40,191 bases of DNA, taken from NCBI GenBank assembly GCA_041687755.1, contig JBDNJM010000152.1, positions 1-40,191 on the forward strand, in the 5' to 3' direction. How positions within the stretch are numbered: the stretch's first letter is position 1; every line of letters starts with the position of its first letter. Made by a program: the position numbers and the translations under genes. The stretch comes from Planctomycetota bacterium (GTDB taxonomy: Bacteria; Planctomycetota; UBA1135; GCA-002686595). Below are positions 9,422 to 17,561 of the stretch, in pieces. The notes below the pieces were generated by a model. That model was not told the DNA's origin and made no database searches. It saw only the letters and a list, made by a program, of their open reading frames with translations.

Positions 9422-11476
9422 TCAGGCGTCTAGTTGGAGCCCCAGCGCAGCCGGCTCTTCTGCAGGGAGCTGACAGGTGCCGCCCTGACACAGGAAGGCG
9501 GCGTCTGCTTCGAGTCGGCCTTCCAGAACCGGCAGGAGCTCGGTCGAGACGCCCTCTCGGACGCGTGCGATGACCACGTCGGGCAGAAAGCGGGCTGTGA
9601 GCTCGGCCTCGAACTCGGCCTCTCGCGGGCCGGCGAGGACGACTTCGCGCACGCCGTGGGCGTCGAGCTCGACGGCGGCGAGGAGCTGGCTGAAGACCGA
9701 GGGGTGCCGGTTCGCCAGCTCCGCGAGGGAAGCGATCACGCCGCGCGCCTGTTCCGCCAGCTCCTGCCTGCCGGTGAGGGCCGCGAGGCGCAGCAGGTTG
9801 CCGGCCTGAACCGCGTTGCCGGCGGGCAGGGCCCCGTCGTGCAGGGTTCGGGGGCGCACGATCAGGGCCTCGGCGCAGTCCGCGGTGTTGAAGTAGCCGC
9901 CCAGTTTACCCGCCGAGAAGTGCGTCTCGACGAGGTCCACGAGGGCGAGCGCCCGCTCGATCCAGCGCGGGTCGCCGTCGGCCTGGTACAGCTCAATCAG
10001 GCCCTCGGTCAGGAACGCGTAGTCGTCGAGCGTGCCCTCGTGCTGGGCGCGGCCGGCGCGCGAGGTCGCGAACAGGCGGCCGCTCTCCTGGCGCATGTGG
10101 CCCCAGATGAACTCGGCGGCGCGGCGGGCGGCGTCGAGGTAGCGCGGCTCGCCGAGCACGCGCGCGGCGCGCGCGGCGGCGCCGATCGCCATGCCGTTCC
10201 AGGAAGTTAGGACCTTGTCGTCGGTGGCGGGCTTGACGCGCTGCTCGCGAACGGCAAGGAGTTTGGGCAGGCTCTCGGTCATCGCGGCCTCGAGCCGCTC
10301 GAGCTTCACGCCGAGGCGCTCCGCGACCACCTGGCCGGGCTCGGGCCGCCACAGCGCGCTCGTGCCGTGCTCGAAGTTTCCGTCGGGCGTCACGCCGAAC
10401 CACTCAGCGGCGAAGCGGCCGTGCTCGGCGCCCAGCACCTCCTCCAGCTCTTCGGGCGTCCAGGCGAAGAACGCGCCCTCCACGCCGCCGGCATCCGCGT
10501 CCTGGGCGCTGGCGAAGCCGCCCTCGGGCGTTACCATCTCGCGCAGCATCCAGTCGAGCGCGCGGCGCGCGACCTCGGCGTGGCGCGGCTCGCCGGTCAG
10601 CTGGAAAGCGTCCATGTAGGCGGGCACGAGCAGGCCGTTGTCGTACAGCATCTTCTCGAAGTGCGGGATCAGCCACTTCTCGTCGACGCTGTAGCGGTGG
10701 AAGCCGCCGCCGAGTTGGTCGTGCATGCCGCCGGCGGCCATCTTGTCGAGCGTCTGCACGGCCATCTCCAGCGCGAGCGCCTCGCCCGTGCGCTTGGCGT
10801 GGCGCAGGCAGGCGCGCACGTCCATCGAGTGCGGGAATTTTGGCGCGGCGCCGAACCCGCCCCATTCGGGGTCGTAGCGCTCGTGCAGCTGCTTGAAGTT
10901 GCGCTCCAGGATGTCCTCGGTCAGCTCGCCGGTCAGGTTCGCGCCGGTTTGCTGGGCGAGATGCTCGGTCAGCTTGGCTCCTTGCTCGACGAGCGCTTCC
11001 GGGTCCTCGCGCCAGCGCTCCGAGATCGCCGAGACGACCTGCATGAACGACGGCATGCCCTGGCGTCCGACCGGCGGGAAGTACGTGCCGCCGTAGAACG
11101 GCTCGAGCTCCGGCGTCAGGAACACGGTCATCGGCCAGCCGCCGCTGCCGGTCATCGCCTGGACGGCGGCCATGTAGACCTCGTCGATGTCGGGCCGCTC
11201 CTCGCGGTCGACCTTGATCGAGATGAAGTGTTCGGCCAAGAACGCGCCGACCTTCGGGTCCTCGAAGGTCTCGCGCTCCATCACGTGGCACCAGTGGCAC
11301 GCGGAGTAGCCGACGGAGAGGAAGATCGGCTTGTCCTCCGACTTCGCCAGCTCCAGCGCCTCCGGACCCCAGGGGTGCCAGCGCACCGGGTTGTGGGCGT
11401 GGCTCAACAGGTAGGGACTGGTCTCGCCGGCGAGGGCGTTGGCGGGGAACTCGTGGGTGGGCTCAGGGGTTTGCAC
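9422..11476 (-). CDS. thioredoxin-domain protein, YyaL/DUF255 family (N-acylglucosamine-2-epimerase-like alpha/alpha-toroid)
   Basis: 684 aa. N-terminal [19 protein letters not shown]...[21 protein letters not shown] is the hallmark of DUF255/YyaL (SPATA20-like). GTG start at 11476 and TGA stop. Confidence 0.8.
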   Translation of the reverse strand: MQTPEPTHEFPANALAGETSPYLLSHAHNPVRWHPWGPEALELAKSEDKPIFLSVGYSACHWCHVMERETFEDPKVGAFLAEHFISIKVDREERPDIDEVYMAAVQAMTGSGGWPMTVFLTPELEPFYGGTYFPPVGRQGMPSFMQVVSAISERWREDPEALVEQGAKLTEHLAQQTGANLTGELTEDILERNFKQLHERYDPEWGGFGAAPKFPHSMDVRACLRHAKRTGEALALEMAVQTLDKMAAGGMHDQLGGGFHRYSVDEKWLIPHFEKMLYDNGLLVPAYMDAFQLTGEPRHAEVARRALDWMLREMVTPEGGFASAQDADAGGVEGAFFAWTPEELEEVLGAEHGRFAAEWFGVTPDGNFEHGTSALWRPEPGQVVAERLGVKLERLEAAMTESLPKLLAVREQRVKPATDDKVLTSWNGMAIGAAARAARVLGEPRYLDAARRAAEFIWGHMRQESGRLFATSRAGRAQHEGTLDDYAFLTEGLIELYQADGDPRWIERALALVDLVETHFSAGKLGGYFNTADCAEALIVRPRTLHDGALPAGNAVQAGNLLRLAALTGRQELAEQARGVIASLAELANRHPSVFSQLLAAVELDAHGVREVVLAGPREAEFEAELTARFLPDVVIARVREGVSTELLPVLEGRLEADAAFLCQGGTCQLPAEEPAALGLQLDA

Positions 11477-11591
11477 GGGGGGAAGGATACGGTGCCAGGC
11501 ACGTTTTCTCCGGTCACGGGCGCACCAGCCGCCATGCGACTGGTGCGCCCGTGACCGGAGAAAACGTGCCTGGCACCGTATCCTTCCCCCC
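11477..11591. repeat. REPIN-like perfect palindromic element, copy 1 (52-bp stem, 11-nt loop)
   Basis: GGGGGGAAGGATACGGTGCCAGGCACGTTTTCTCCGGTCACGGGCGCACCAG-ccgccatgcga-CTGGTGCGCCCGTGACCGGAGAAAACGTGCCTGGCACCGTATCCTTCCCCCC. The right arm is the exact reverse complement of the left. The outer 36 bp are shared with the copies at 22347 and 40158. Confidence 0.7.
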
Positions 11592-11700
11592 GTGCAGCCG
11601 GGCTGGCGCGAGTTTCGCGCGCTGCTGCTCCAGCTGGGCGAAGCGCGCGGCCGAGCAAGGGAGGGACTCGGATCCAGCCCAACCGCTCCGGGGTTTTCCC

Positions 11701-12714
11701 ATGGAGCAACTGAACGAAACGACAGGTACGCCCACGGCAGCCGAATTGATGGCGGTCGAGGCTGGAGAGGTGCCGCAGGAGGCCTTGGGTCCCGGTGCCC
11801 AGCTCGCCGGCGCCAGTCTGGCCGGACGCGATCTTTCTGGTCTGGACCTGAGCGGCGCGAACCTCGAGGGGGCCGACCTGTCGGGCGCGCAGCTGTTCCG
11901 GACGCGGCTGGTCGGAGCGGTCCTCGAGCGCGCGAACCTCGAGGACGCGGAGCTGCTCGGCGCCGATCTCACCGGTGCCGACCTCGAGGGCGCGCGACTC
12001 GTGCGCGCTGGGCTCGGTGCGGCCATCTTGACCGAGGCCAAGCTGTTTGGCGCGGACCTGACCGAGGCCGCGCTCAACGATGCGAACCTCGAGCGCGCCG
12101 ACCTGCGCACGGCCTGCTTCGACCGCGCTCGGATGGCCGGCGCAACACTCGAACACGTCAACGCCGCCCACGCGAACTTCAGCGGGGCGGACATCTCCCG
12201 CGCAAAGGTCGCCGACGCAGTCTTCGAGGGCGCCGACCTGCGCGGAGCGCGACTCTCGTCCGTGCACGGCTACGCCTCCGCGAACTGGATCGACGTGGAC
12301 CTGCGCGACGCCGACTTCACGGGAGCGCGCCTCGTCGAGCGCCACATCCGCGACGAGAACTACATCGAGGAGTTCCGCCAGAGCAGCCGTCAGGCGCGCG
12401 TCGTGCACTGGTTCTGGGCGCTCACGAGCGACTGCGGACGCAGCGTGCTGCGCTGGGGCTTGACGACGCTCGCTGTCGTGGTGGCGTTCGCGGCCCTCTA
12501 CACGGGCGTGGACATTGACTTCGGCGAGCACGCCACGGCGCTCTCGCCGCTTTACTTCAGCCTCGTCACGATGACGACTCTCGGTTACGGAGACGTCCTG
12601 CCCGTGTCCGCCTGGGCCCAGCTCGCCTCAATGTGCGAGGTCGTGCTCGGCTACGTGATGCTGGGCGGCATGCTCAGCATCTTCAGCAACCGCATGGCGC
12701 GTCGCGCCGACTGA
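11701..12714 (+). CDS. pentapeptide-repeat protein fused to a 2-TM potassium-channel pore domain
   Basis: 337 aa. About 230 aa of A(D/N)LxG pentapeptide repeats ([43 protein letters not shown]...), then TM1, a pore helix with the K+ selectivity filter TTLGYGDV, and TM2. ATG at 11701. Confidence 0.7.
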   Translation: MEQLNETTGTPTAAELMAVEAGEVPQEALGPGAQLAGASLAGRDLSGLDLSGANLEGADLSGAQLFRTRLVGAVLERANLEDAELLGADLTGADLEGARLVRAGLGAAILTEAKLFGADLTEAALNDANLERADLRTACFDRARMAGATLEHVNAAHANFSGADISRAKVADAVFEGADLRGARLSSVHGYASANWIDVDLRDADFTGARLVERHIRDENYIEEFRQSSRQARVVHWFWALTSDCGRSVLRWGLTTLAVVVAFAALYTGVDIDFGEHATALSPLYFSLVTMTTLGYGDVLPVSAWAQLASMCEVVLGYVMLGGMLSIFSNRMARRAD

Positions 12715-12743
12715 GCCTTCCCCGCTCGCATCCCCCTGATCCC

Positions 12744-13619
12744 ATGCCCCTGTTCAAACGCGACGGACTCGATCGCAAGCTGAAGCGCGCCCTCGGCGAC
12801 GTCGTTCCGCCGACGTTCCCCGAGCTGCATCTCCGCATCCTGCGCGAGCTGCGCAGCCCCGACGCCGACGCCGCCAAGATCGGCGAGGTCCTGCAGTGGG
12901 ATCCCGGCCTGGTCGTGCGCCTGCTCAAGGTCGTGAATTCGGCGGCCTTCGCGGCCTCCCAGGAGGTCCGCGACCCCGGCCACGCCGCCGCGCTGATGGG
13001 GCGCGGCCCGCTCGAGCAGCTGGTCACCGGCGTCGCCGTCGGGTGCGCGCTGCCCGACCCGAGTTCGCCCGCCTACGACAAGCAGCGCTTCTGGACGGCC
13101 GCCGCCCGCCGCGCCGTGCTCGCGCGGCAGCTCGCCATCCGATTCGAGCCGGCCACCCGCCACGAGGCCTTCACCGCGGCCCTGCTGCAGGACATCGCGA
13201 TCCCCGTGCTGGCCGAGCTGCGCGCCAAGGACTACGCCGTCGTGCTGGAGGAGTGGCACGCGAGTCCGGGCTCGGAGCTGCACGTGCTCGAGCGCGAGCA
13301 GTTCGGCTTCGACCACGCCGAGATCGGCGCCGCCCTGGCGGAGCGCTGGGGCCTGCCCGACGCGCTGATCGATGCGATTGGCCACCAGAACACCGCGTTC
13401 GAGGACGGTCACGGCGCACCGCGCCAGGCCGGTTGGATCGTCTCTGGCCTGCGCGAGACCACCCACGCCGACTGCCCCTTGAACGAGCTGCGCCCGCGCG
13501 CGGTCGGCAACGGCGTCGAGGCCGAGCCCTTCGAGGCGCTGCTCAGCTGGACCCGCGAGGAAGCGGGCGAGCTGGCCCATTCGATGTTCGGGCCGGCTAG
13601 CGCGCAGCGCGCGGCCTGA
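12744..13619 (+). CDS. HDOD domain signalling protein
   Basis: 291 aa. The region from the track N-terminal ..FPELHLRILRELRSPDADAAKIGEVLQWDPGLVVRLLKVVNSAAF onward matches the HDOD (HD-related output domain) N-terminal helices. 30 bp downstream of the channel gene, so probably one operon. Confidence 0.65.
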   Translation: MPLFKRDGLDRKLKRALGDVVPPTFPELHLRILRELRSPDADAAKIGEVLQWDPGLVVRLLKVVNSAAFAASQEVRDPGHAAALMGRGPLEQLVTGVAVGCALPDPSSPAYDKQRFWTAAARRAVLARQLAIRFEPATRHEAFTAALLQDIAIPVLAELRAKDYAVVLEEWHASPGSELHVLEREQFGFDHAEIGAALAERWGLPDALIDAIGHQNTAFEDGHGAPRQAGWIVSGLRETTHADCPLNELRPRAVGNGVEAEPFEALLSWTREEAGELAHSMFGPASAQRAA

Positions 13620-13649
13620 GGCCGGCCCCGCGCCTCCACCTAGGAAAAC

Positions 13650-13712
13650 AGCCCCCACCCGGACTCGCCGGGTGGGGGCTGCTTTGGTTTCGGCGTCCGG
13701 AGCCCGGACGCC
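13650..13712. terminator. pair of GC-rich hairpins between convergent genes (likely bidirectional terminators)
   Basis: 13650-13680 AGCCCCCACCCGG-actcg-CCGGGTGGGGGCT followed by GCTTTGGTTT, with a T-run on both strands. 13692-13712 GGCGTCCGG-agc-CCGGACGCC. Lies between the HDOD stop (13619) and the porin stop (13730). Confidence 0.5.
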
Positions 13713-13729
13713 TGAGGCCGCCTTTCAGC

Positions 13730-14908
13730 TCAACCCGCGTAACCCTCGAAACCGAGGGTCAGGCCGATGCTGATGATGTCGCCGTCGAGGGCGTTGTTGT
13801 CGGACTCGAGCATCGAGTACCCGAACTGCAGCTTCGCGTTGTGCCCAGCCATGTAGTAGCTGTAGCCAAACGAGAGCAGCGTGGTGTCGTCTTGGTCGTC
13901 CAGGTCTTCGTACCGCACGGCGAACTCGGAAGTTTCGGGCGTGATCAAGTACGAAAGGGTCGCGGACCAGGGGTTCGCGTCCTCAGCAAACATGCTGACA
14001 GGGTTGATGTAAGAGGCGCCCGTACCCAACCCGAGGCCCGTGTCATTGTCGGTGCTGTCGTCATCGAAGCTGTAAAACTCGGCGTGGTAGCCGAGGTTCC
14101 CGGAGGTTCCTGCGAGGTCGACGAGCCAGTAACTACCGGCCTCGCCGTCGTCCTCGTAAGTCGCCCCGAGGGTGGCGTTCAAAGCGTTGGAAGCGTCGTA
14201 CGCTCCCTCTTTCTTCGAAGCGCCGTTGCCGCTCATGAGCTCCATCCTTGCGGTGAAGTTCAAGTCGTCCTCGGTGCCGTCGACGCCGTTTTGGGCCGAC
14301 AGGTACCAGTTCAAGCCGCCGTCGTAGCGGCCGGAAATCATGACGCCCTCGTCGAATCGATATCCATAGTCACCGAGAACGGTCCGCTGCGTGAACAGCA
14401 GGGAGTCCTGGTTGAACGTCGAAGAGAGGGAGCGCGGGGCGCGGTAACGCCCCCAGGTCAGCGAAACGGCCTCGCTGAAGTTCCAGGAGGCGTAAGCATC
14501 CTGGAGGTTGGCCTCGTAATTGTTGTTGCCGAGCTCGCCGGCCTCTGCCTTGGCCAAGTAGGTCACGGGGACGTCGGTGCCGGCCACATCGATTTCGTTT
14601 TCTGCGAAATCCATGCTGATCCGCCAGCCGAAGTCACCCAGGTTTCCGTTGGCCCACAGTCGGGCGTCCTCAAGGGCCAAGCCCAAGAGGTCCTCACCGG
14701 TTCCACCGTCGAAGTCGCTGCTCGAATAGAACGTCGACCGGATCAAAGCTCCGATATCGGTTCCGTTGTTCTGCAGGTTCACGGTGGAGGCGAGGGAGTT
14801 CAGTTCCTCATCGAGGCCGAGCCAGTCGTTACCGGCATACGGCACCCCCGCCCACAAGGACGGGGTCGCAGCAGCCAGCGCCATGGCTCCGCTTAGGAAG
14901 GTCTTCAT
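13730..14908 (-). CDS. outer-membrane beta-barrel porin-like protein
   Basis: 393 aa from ATG 14908. Signal peptide MKTFLSGAMALAAATPSLWA. Alternating hydrophobic/polar beta-strand pattern rich in G/Y/S/N/D and a C-terminal aromatic-rich strand (..SIGLTLGFEGYAG). No specific family assigned. Confidence 0.55.
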   Translation of the reverse strand: MKTFLSGAMALAAATPSLWAGVPYAGNDWLGLDEELNSLASTVNLQNNGTDIGALIRSTFYSSSDFDGGTGEDLLGLALEDARLWANGNLGDFGWRISMDFAENEIDVAGTDVPVTYLAKAEAGELGNNNYEANLQDAYASWNFSEAVSLTWGRYRAPRSLSSTFNQDSLLFTQRTVLGDYGYRFDEGVMISGRYDGGLNWYLSAQNGVDGTEDDLNFTARMELMSGNGASKKEGAYDASNALNATLGATYEDDGEAGSYWLVDLAGTSGNLGYHAEFYSFDDDSTDNDTGLGLGTGASYINPVSMFAEDANPWSATLSYLITPETSEFAVRYEDLDDQDDTTLLSFGYSYYMAGHNAKLQFGYSMLESDNNALDGDIISIGLTLGFEGYAG

Positions 14909-15152
14909 CGGTTTGCACTCCGAAGGACACGTTCCTCGGACGGGATGGGGATCGAAGGGCCTTGCCGCGCAGGGCCCCCCTGGTAGCGGAGGGGCGACCT
15001 CCGCGGGGAAATCGTATTGGAACGTTTCCGCGCCGCGAGTGCGGAGTCGCGGCGCAAACAATGGGCAGAATCGGGACGACTCCCGGCTGGCCGGAGAGGG
15101 CCAGCCGCGGATCGATCGGCCGCAGGTTGTCGTAGCCGGCCGTGCTCTCGAG

Positions 15153-17270
15153 CTACTCGGCGGGCAGCTCTCCCTCCGGGAGTTCGAGCCGATCGGGGCG
15201 TTCCGCAAGCTCCGCGGCAGAGAGGCGCAGGACCAGGGGCTCCGTCCTAGCCGCTCCCCCGTGGGCCTCGAGCCGCACCGCTCCAGCGCCGACCCCGATC
15301 CAGGTCACGCGGCCCTGGGCATCGACGACCGCTGCCCCGGTGCTCCAGGTGCGGTCAACGGCGACGAGGCGCGTCCCGAACCCTGCGGCAGGCCGACCGC
15401 CGGCCCGGGTCAGCACGGTGCTCCACTTCAGAGGCTCCGAGAGCCAGAGGTCGAGCTGCTGCTCTCCCTCGGGCGCGAGGTAGGTCAGCTCTCCGGTCCG
15501 GCCTGCACCGGCGGAGGTGGAGACGAGGGCCTCTCCGGCGGCGAGTCCCACGAAGCGGGCCTCCCCAGAAGCGTCCGTGCGGGCCGAGCGCGAGCCGGCG
15601 CCCTTCGGCGAGAGGGAGACTTCGAGCCCCGGGACCGGTCCACCCTCTGCATCAAGAACCCGCACGCTCAGGATGGAGCCGCTGGCGACATGCAGCGAGC
15701 CGAGATCGATGTCGGCGTCAGCGCTGACTTCGATCGGGGCAATGCGCTTGTGGGCGGCTTGGTGCGGAGCCACCGTCAGGGAGTAGCTTCCGGGCGCCAC
15801 GCCCCCGATCTCGAACTGCCCGAAGGCGTCGGTCGTGGAGCTGAGGTGCGGGAGCTCGGAGGACTCCGTGAGGGGGCTCAAGAACACGGAGGTTCCGCCC
15901 AGCTGGCCGGCGTCGCTGAAGACGAACCCGCGCACCCGGGCGCCCTGCCTGTAGGCGATCTCGTCCAGAACTCGATGCTCACCGGCCTGCAGCGACAGCG
16001 CCAGGGGCTCGCTGGACCACCCGTTGTTCGCGCTGGCGAGCAGGTGGTAGCTGCCGGCGGGCTGCTTGGTGATGCGGTACGTCTCGCCGCGCACGATCTC
16101 AAGCGCCACGACGTGTCCAGCCTCGTTCTCGAGTCTCACCTGGGCCGGCCGCGGGGCGGCGGGGTCGAGGCGGCCCTCTAAGCTGGCGCCACGGGTCAGG
16201 CCTAGGGTGGCACGCTCCCCCGAGACCAGCGCTTGTACGACGCGCAGCGGGGCCAGATCGGCGCGCGTGGGCGGCGGCTCGACCGCCAGCTCGTAGTCGC
16301 CGCTCTCCGCCGCCTCGAGCTGGAGCTCACCGCGCTCGTCGGCCAGCCCGGTCGCGGCGTCCGGAGCCCCGGCCCACTTCCCGCGCCAGTGGACCCGTGC
16401 CCCGGGGACCGGGACGCCGCGCTCGTCGAGCAGAATCAAGGTCGTGCGAATCGAGGCCGTCAGCCTCAGCTCGAGCGGAGCCGCGCCCGCTTGCACCCGG
16501 ACGTGCCGGGTGAGTTCGCCGTGGTCGGCCGCCACGATTCGCAGCTCGGCGCCGCCGATCGGCAGGCCCGAGAATTGCAGGCTGCCGTCGGGAGCGGTAT
16601 ATCCGATGCGGCGATCGAGCGCGTCCCCGCCGTGCCAGTCGGCGAACGATTCGCGAGGCAGGTCGAGTTCGACGCGCGCCCCGGGGAAGGAGTGACCCGT
16701 CGAGTCCATCAACCGCAGCTCGAACGGCGCGACCGGCGCCAGCACGATCAAGCACCGATCCGGCTCTTCGAGGCTGGCGCGGATCAGGGCGCGGCCGCTA
16801 GATCGAGTGCGCACTAGCACCTCGAGCTGGGGCTGCGCATGTGCGTCCAGCGCTACGGCGAAGGTGCCGTTCGCGTCGCTCGTCGCAGCGGTTGTGCGGA
16901 AGCGGTTCCAGGTTTGGAAGCGCACGGTCACGTCGGCACCGGGAACAGCTTGCCCGGCGGAGTCTTCGACGCGCCCTTCGAACAGAACCTCGGGCAGCAG
17001 GCTGAGGGAGCTGGCACCGAGGTCCGCGTCGGGAGCGGGGGTGCTCGAGCCGACGACGGTGCGCGCGGGAGAAGCACCGGCCCCAGCTTGCACCGCACTC
17101 AGTTCGGCTGCGGACCGTGCGGGGACCGCGGCTTTGGCCGCGACCGGTGCCGAGGCGGTTCCGGCCTCCGGTTGCGGCCCGGGCCGGTCGATGCGAGGCA
17201 CGAAAAAGGCGAGACCGAGGCCGAGTGCGGCGAGGGTCAGACTGAGTCCGAGGCGTTGCTTGTGTTTCAT
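15153..17270 (-). CDS. large secreted protein with several carboxypeptidase-regulatory-like (CarbopepD_reg / prealbumin-fold) repeats
   Basis: 705 aa. N-terminal signal/anchor MKHKQRLGLSLTLAALGLGLAFFV. Recurring about 80-aa modules with (G)RVxDxxGxPVxGAxV...TDxxGxFxxxxLxxGxYxL (e.g. GRVEDSAGQAVPGADVTVRF..SDANGTFAVAL; VLDAEGGPVPGLEVSLSP..TDASGEARFVGLAAGEALV). Confidence 0.55.
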   Translation of the reverse strand: MKHKQRLGLSLTLAALGLGLAFFVPRIDRPGPQPEAGTASAPVAAKAAVPARSAAELSAVQAGAGASPARTVVGSSTPAPDADLGASSLSLLPEVLFEGRVEDSAGQAVPGADVTVRFQTWNRFRTTAATSDANGTFAVALDAHAQPQLEVLVRTRSSGRALIRASLEEPDRCLIVLAPVAPFELRLMDSTGHSFPGARVELDLPRESFADWHGGDALDRRIGYTAPDGSLQFSGLPIGGAELRIVAADHGELTRHVRVQAGAAPLELRLTASIRTTLILLDERGVPVPGARVHWRGKWAGAPDAATGLADERGELQLEAAESGDYELAVEPPPTRADLAPLRVVQALVSGERATLGLTRGASLEGRLDPAAPRPAQVRLENEAGHVVALEIVRGETYRITKQPAGSYHLLASANNGWSSEPLALSLQAGEHRVLDEIAYRQGARVRGFVFSDAGQLGGTSVFLSPLTESSELPHLSSTTDAFGQFEIGGVAPGSYSLTVAPHQAAHKRIAPIEVSADADIDLGSLHVASGSILSVRVLDAEGGPVPGLEVSLSPKGAGSRSARTDASGEARFVGLAAGEALVSTSAGAGRTGELTYLAPEGEQQLDLWLSEPLKWSTVLTRAGGRPAAGFGTRLVAVDRTWSTGAAVVDAQGRVTWIGVGAGAVRLEAHGGAARTEPLVLRLSAAELAERPDRLELPEGELPAE

Positions 17271-17561
17271 GGCGAGGCGGGGTGGGGCAGCGCGCGCGAG
17301 GGCGGCGCGGTGTCGAAGGGCGGGCGGGAACGCGCGAGGCGGCGTGCTGCGGGTATGCAGGGGCCGTTCCGTCGCGGCGTGTGGGCCGCGGCGAACCGGT
17401 GAGGCGGAGTTGGGGCGCTCGACCGCGCTGGGATGCAGCGGGAGCGGATGTGGGGCGGGCGTCGACGAGAGCGCGCGCTCGCCAAGAGTCCCGGGGGCCG
17501 GGCCGGGAAGTCGGGCTGGTGGTCGGGCCGGAGCGCGCGGCGCTCCGGCCCAGGGTGCGGC

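Noticed and set aside
11477-11591. Palindromic elements considered as integron attC sites or as simple intrinsic terminators
   Set aside because: attC sites are imperfect with extrahelical bases and conserved R/L core sites, whereas these are perfect 51-52-bp stems. They are too long and lack flanking U-tracts for simple terminators, and copy 1 sits in a promoter region rather than after a gene end.
10367-12531. Long ORFs on both strands (10367..11554 +, 10404..11300 -, 11404..12531 -, 11439..12518 +) overlapping the yyaL-like gene and the pentapeptide-channel gene
   Set aside because: The yyaL-like and pentapeptide-repeat-channel frames carry clear family motifs. The alternatives are Arg/Ala/Gly-rich artefacts of GC-rich pentapeptide-repeat DNA (the repeats create open frames on all strands).
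12651-16181. Antisense ORFs 12651..13658 (-), 13841..14896 (+), 14766..16181 (+)
   Set aside because: Each is antisense to a gene with recognisable domains (HDOD, porin, CarbopepD_reg). Translations are low-complexity.
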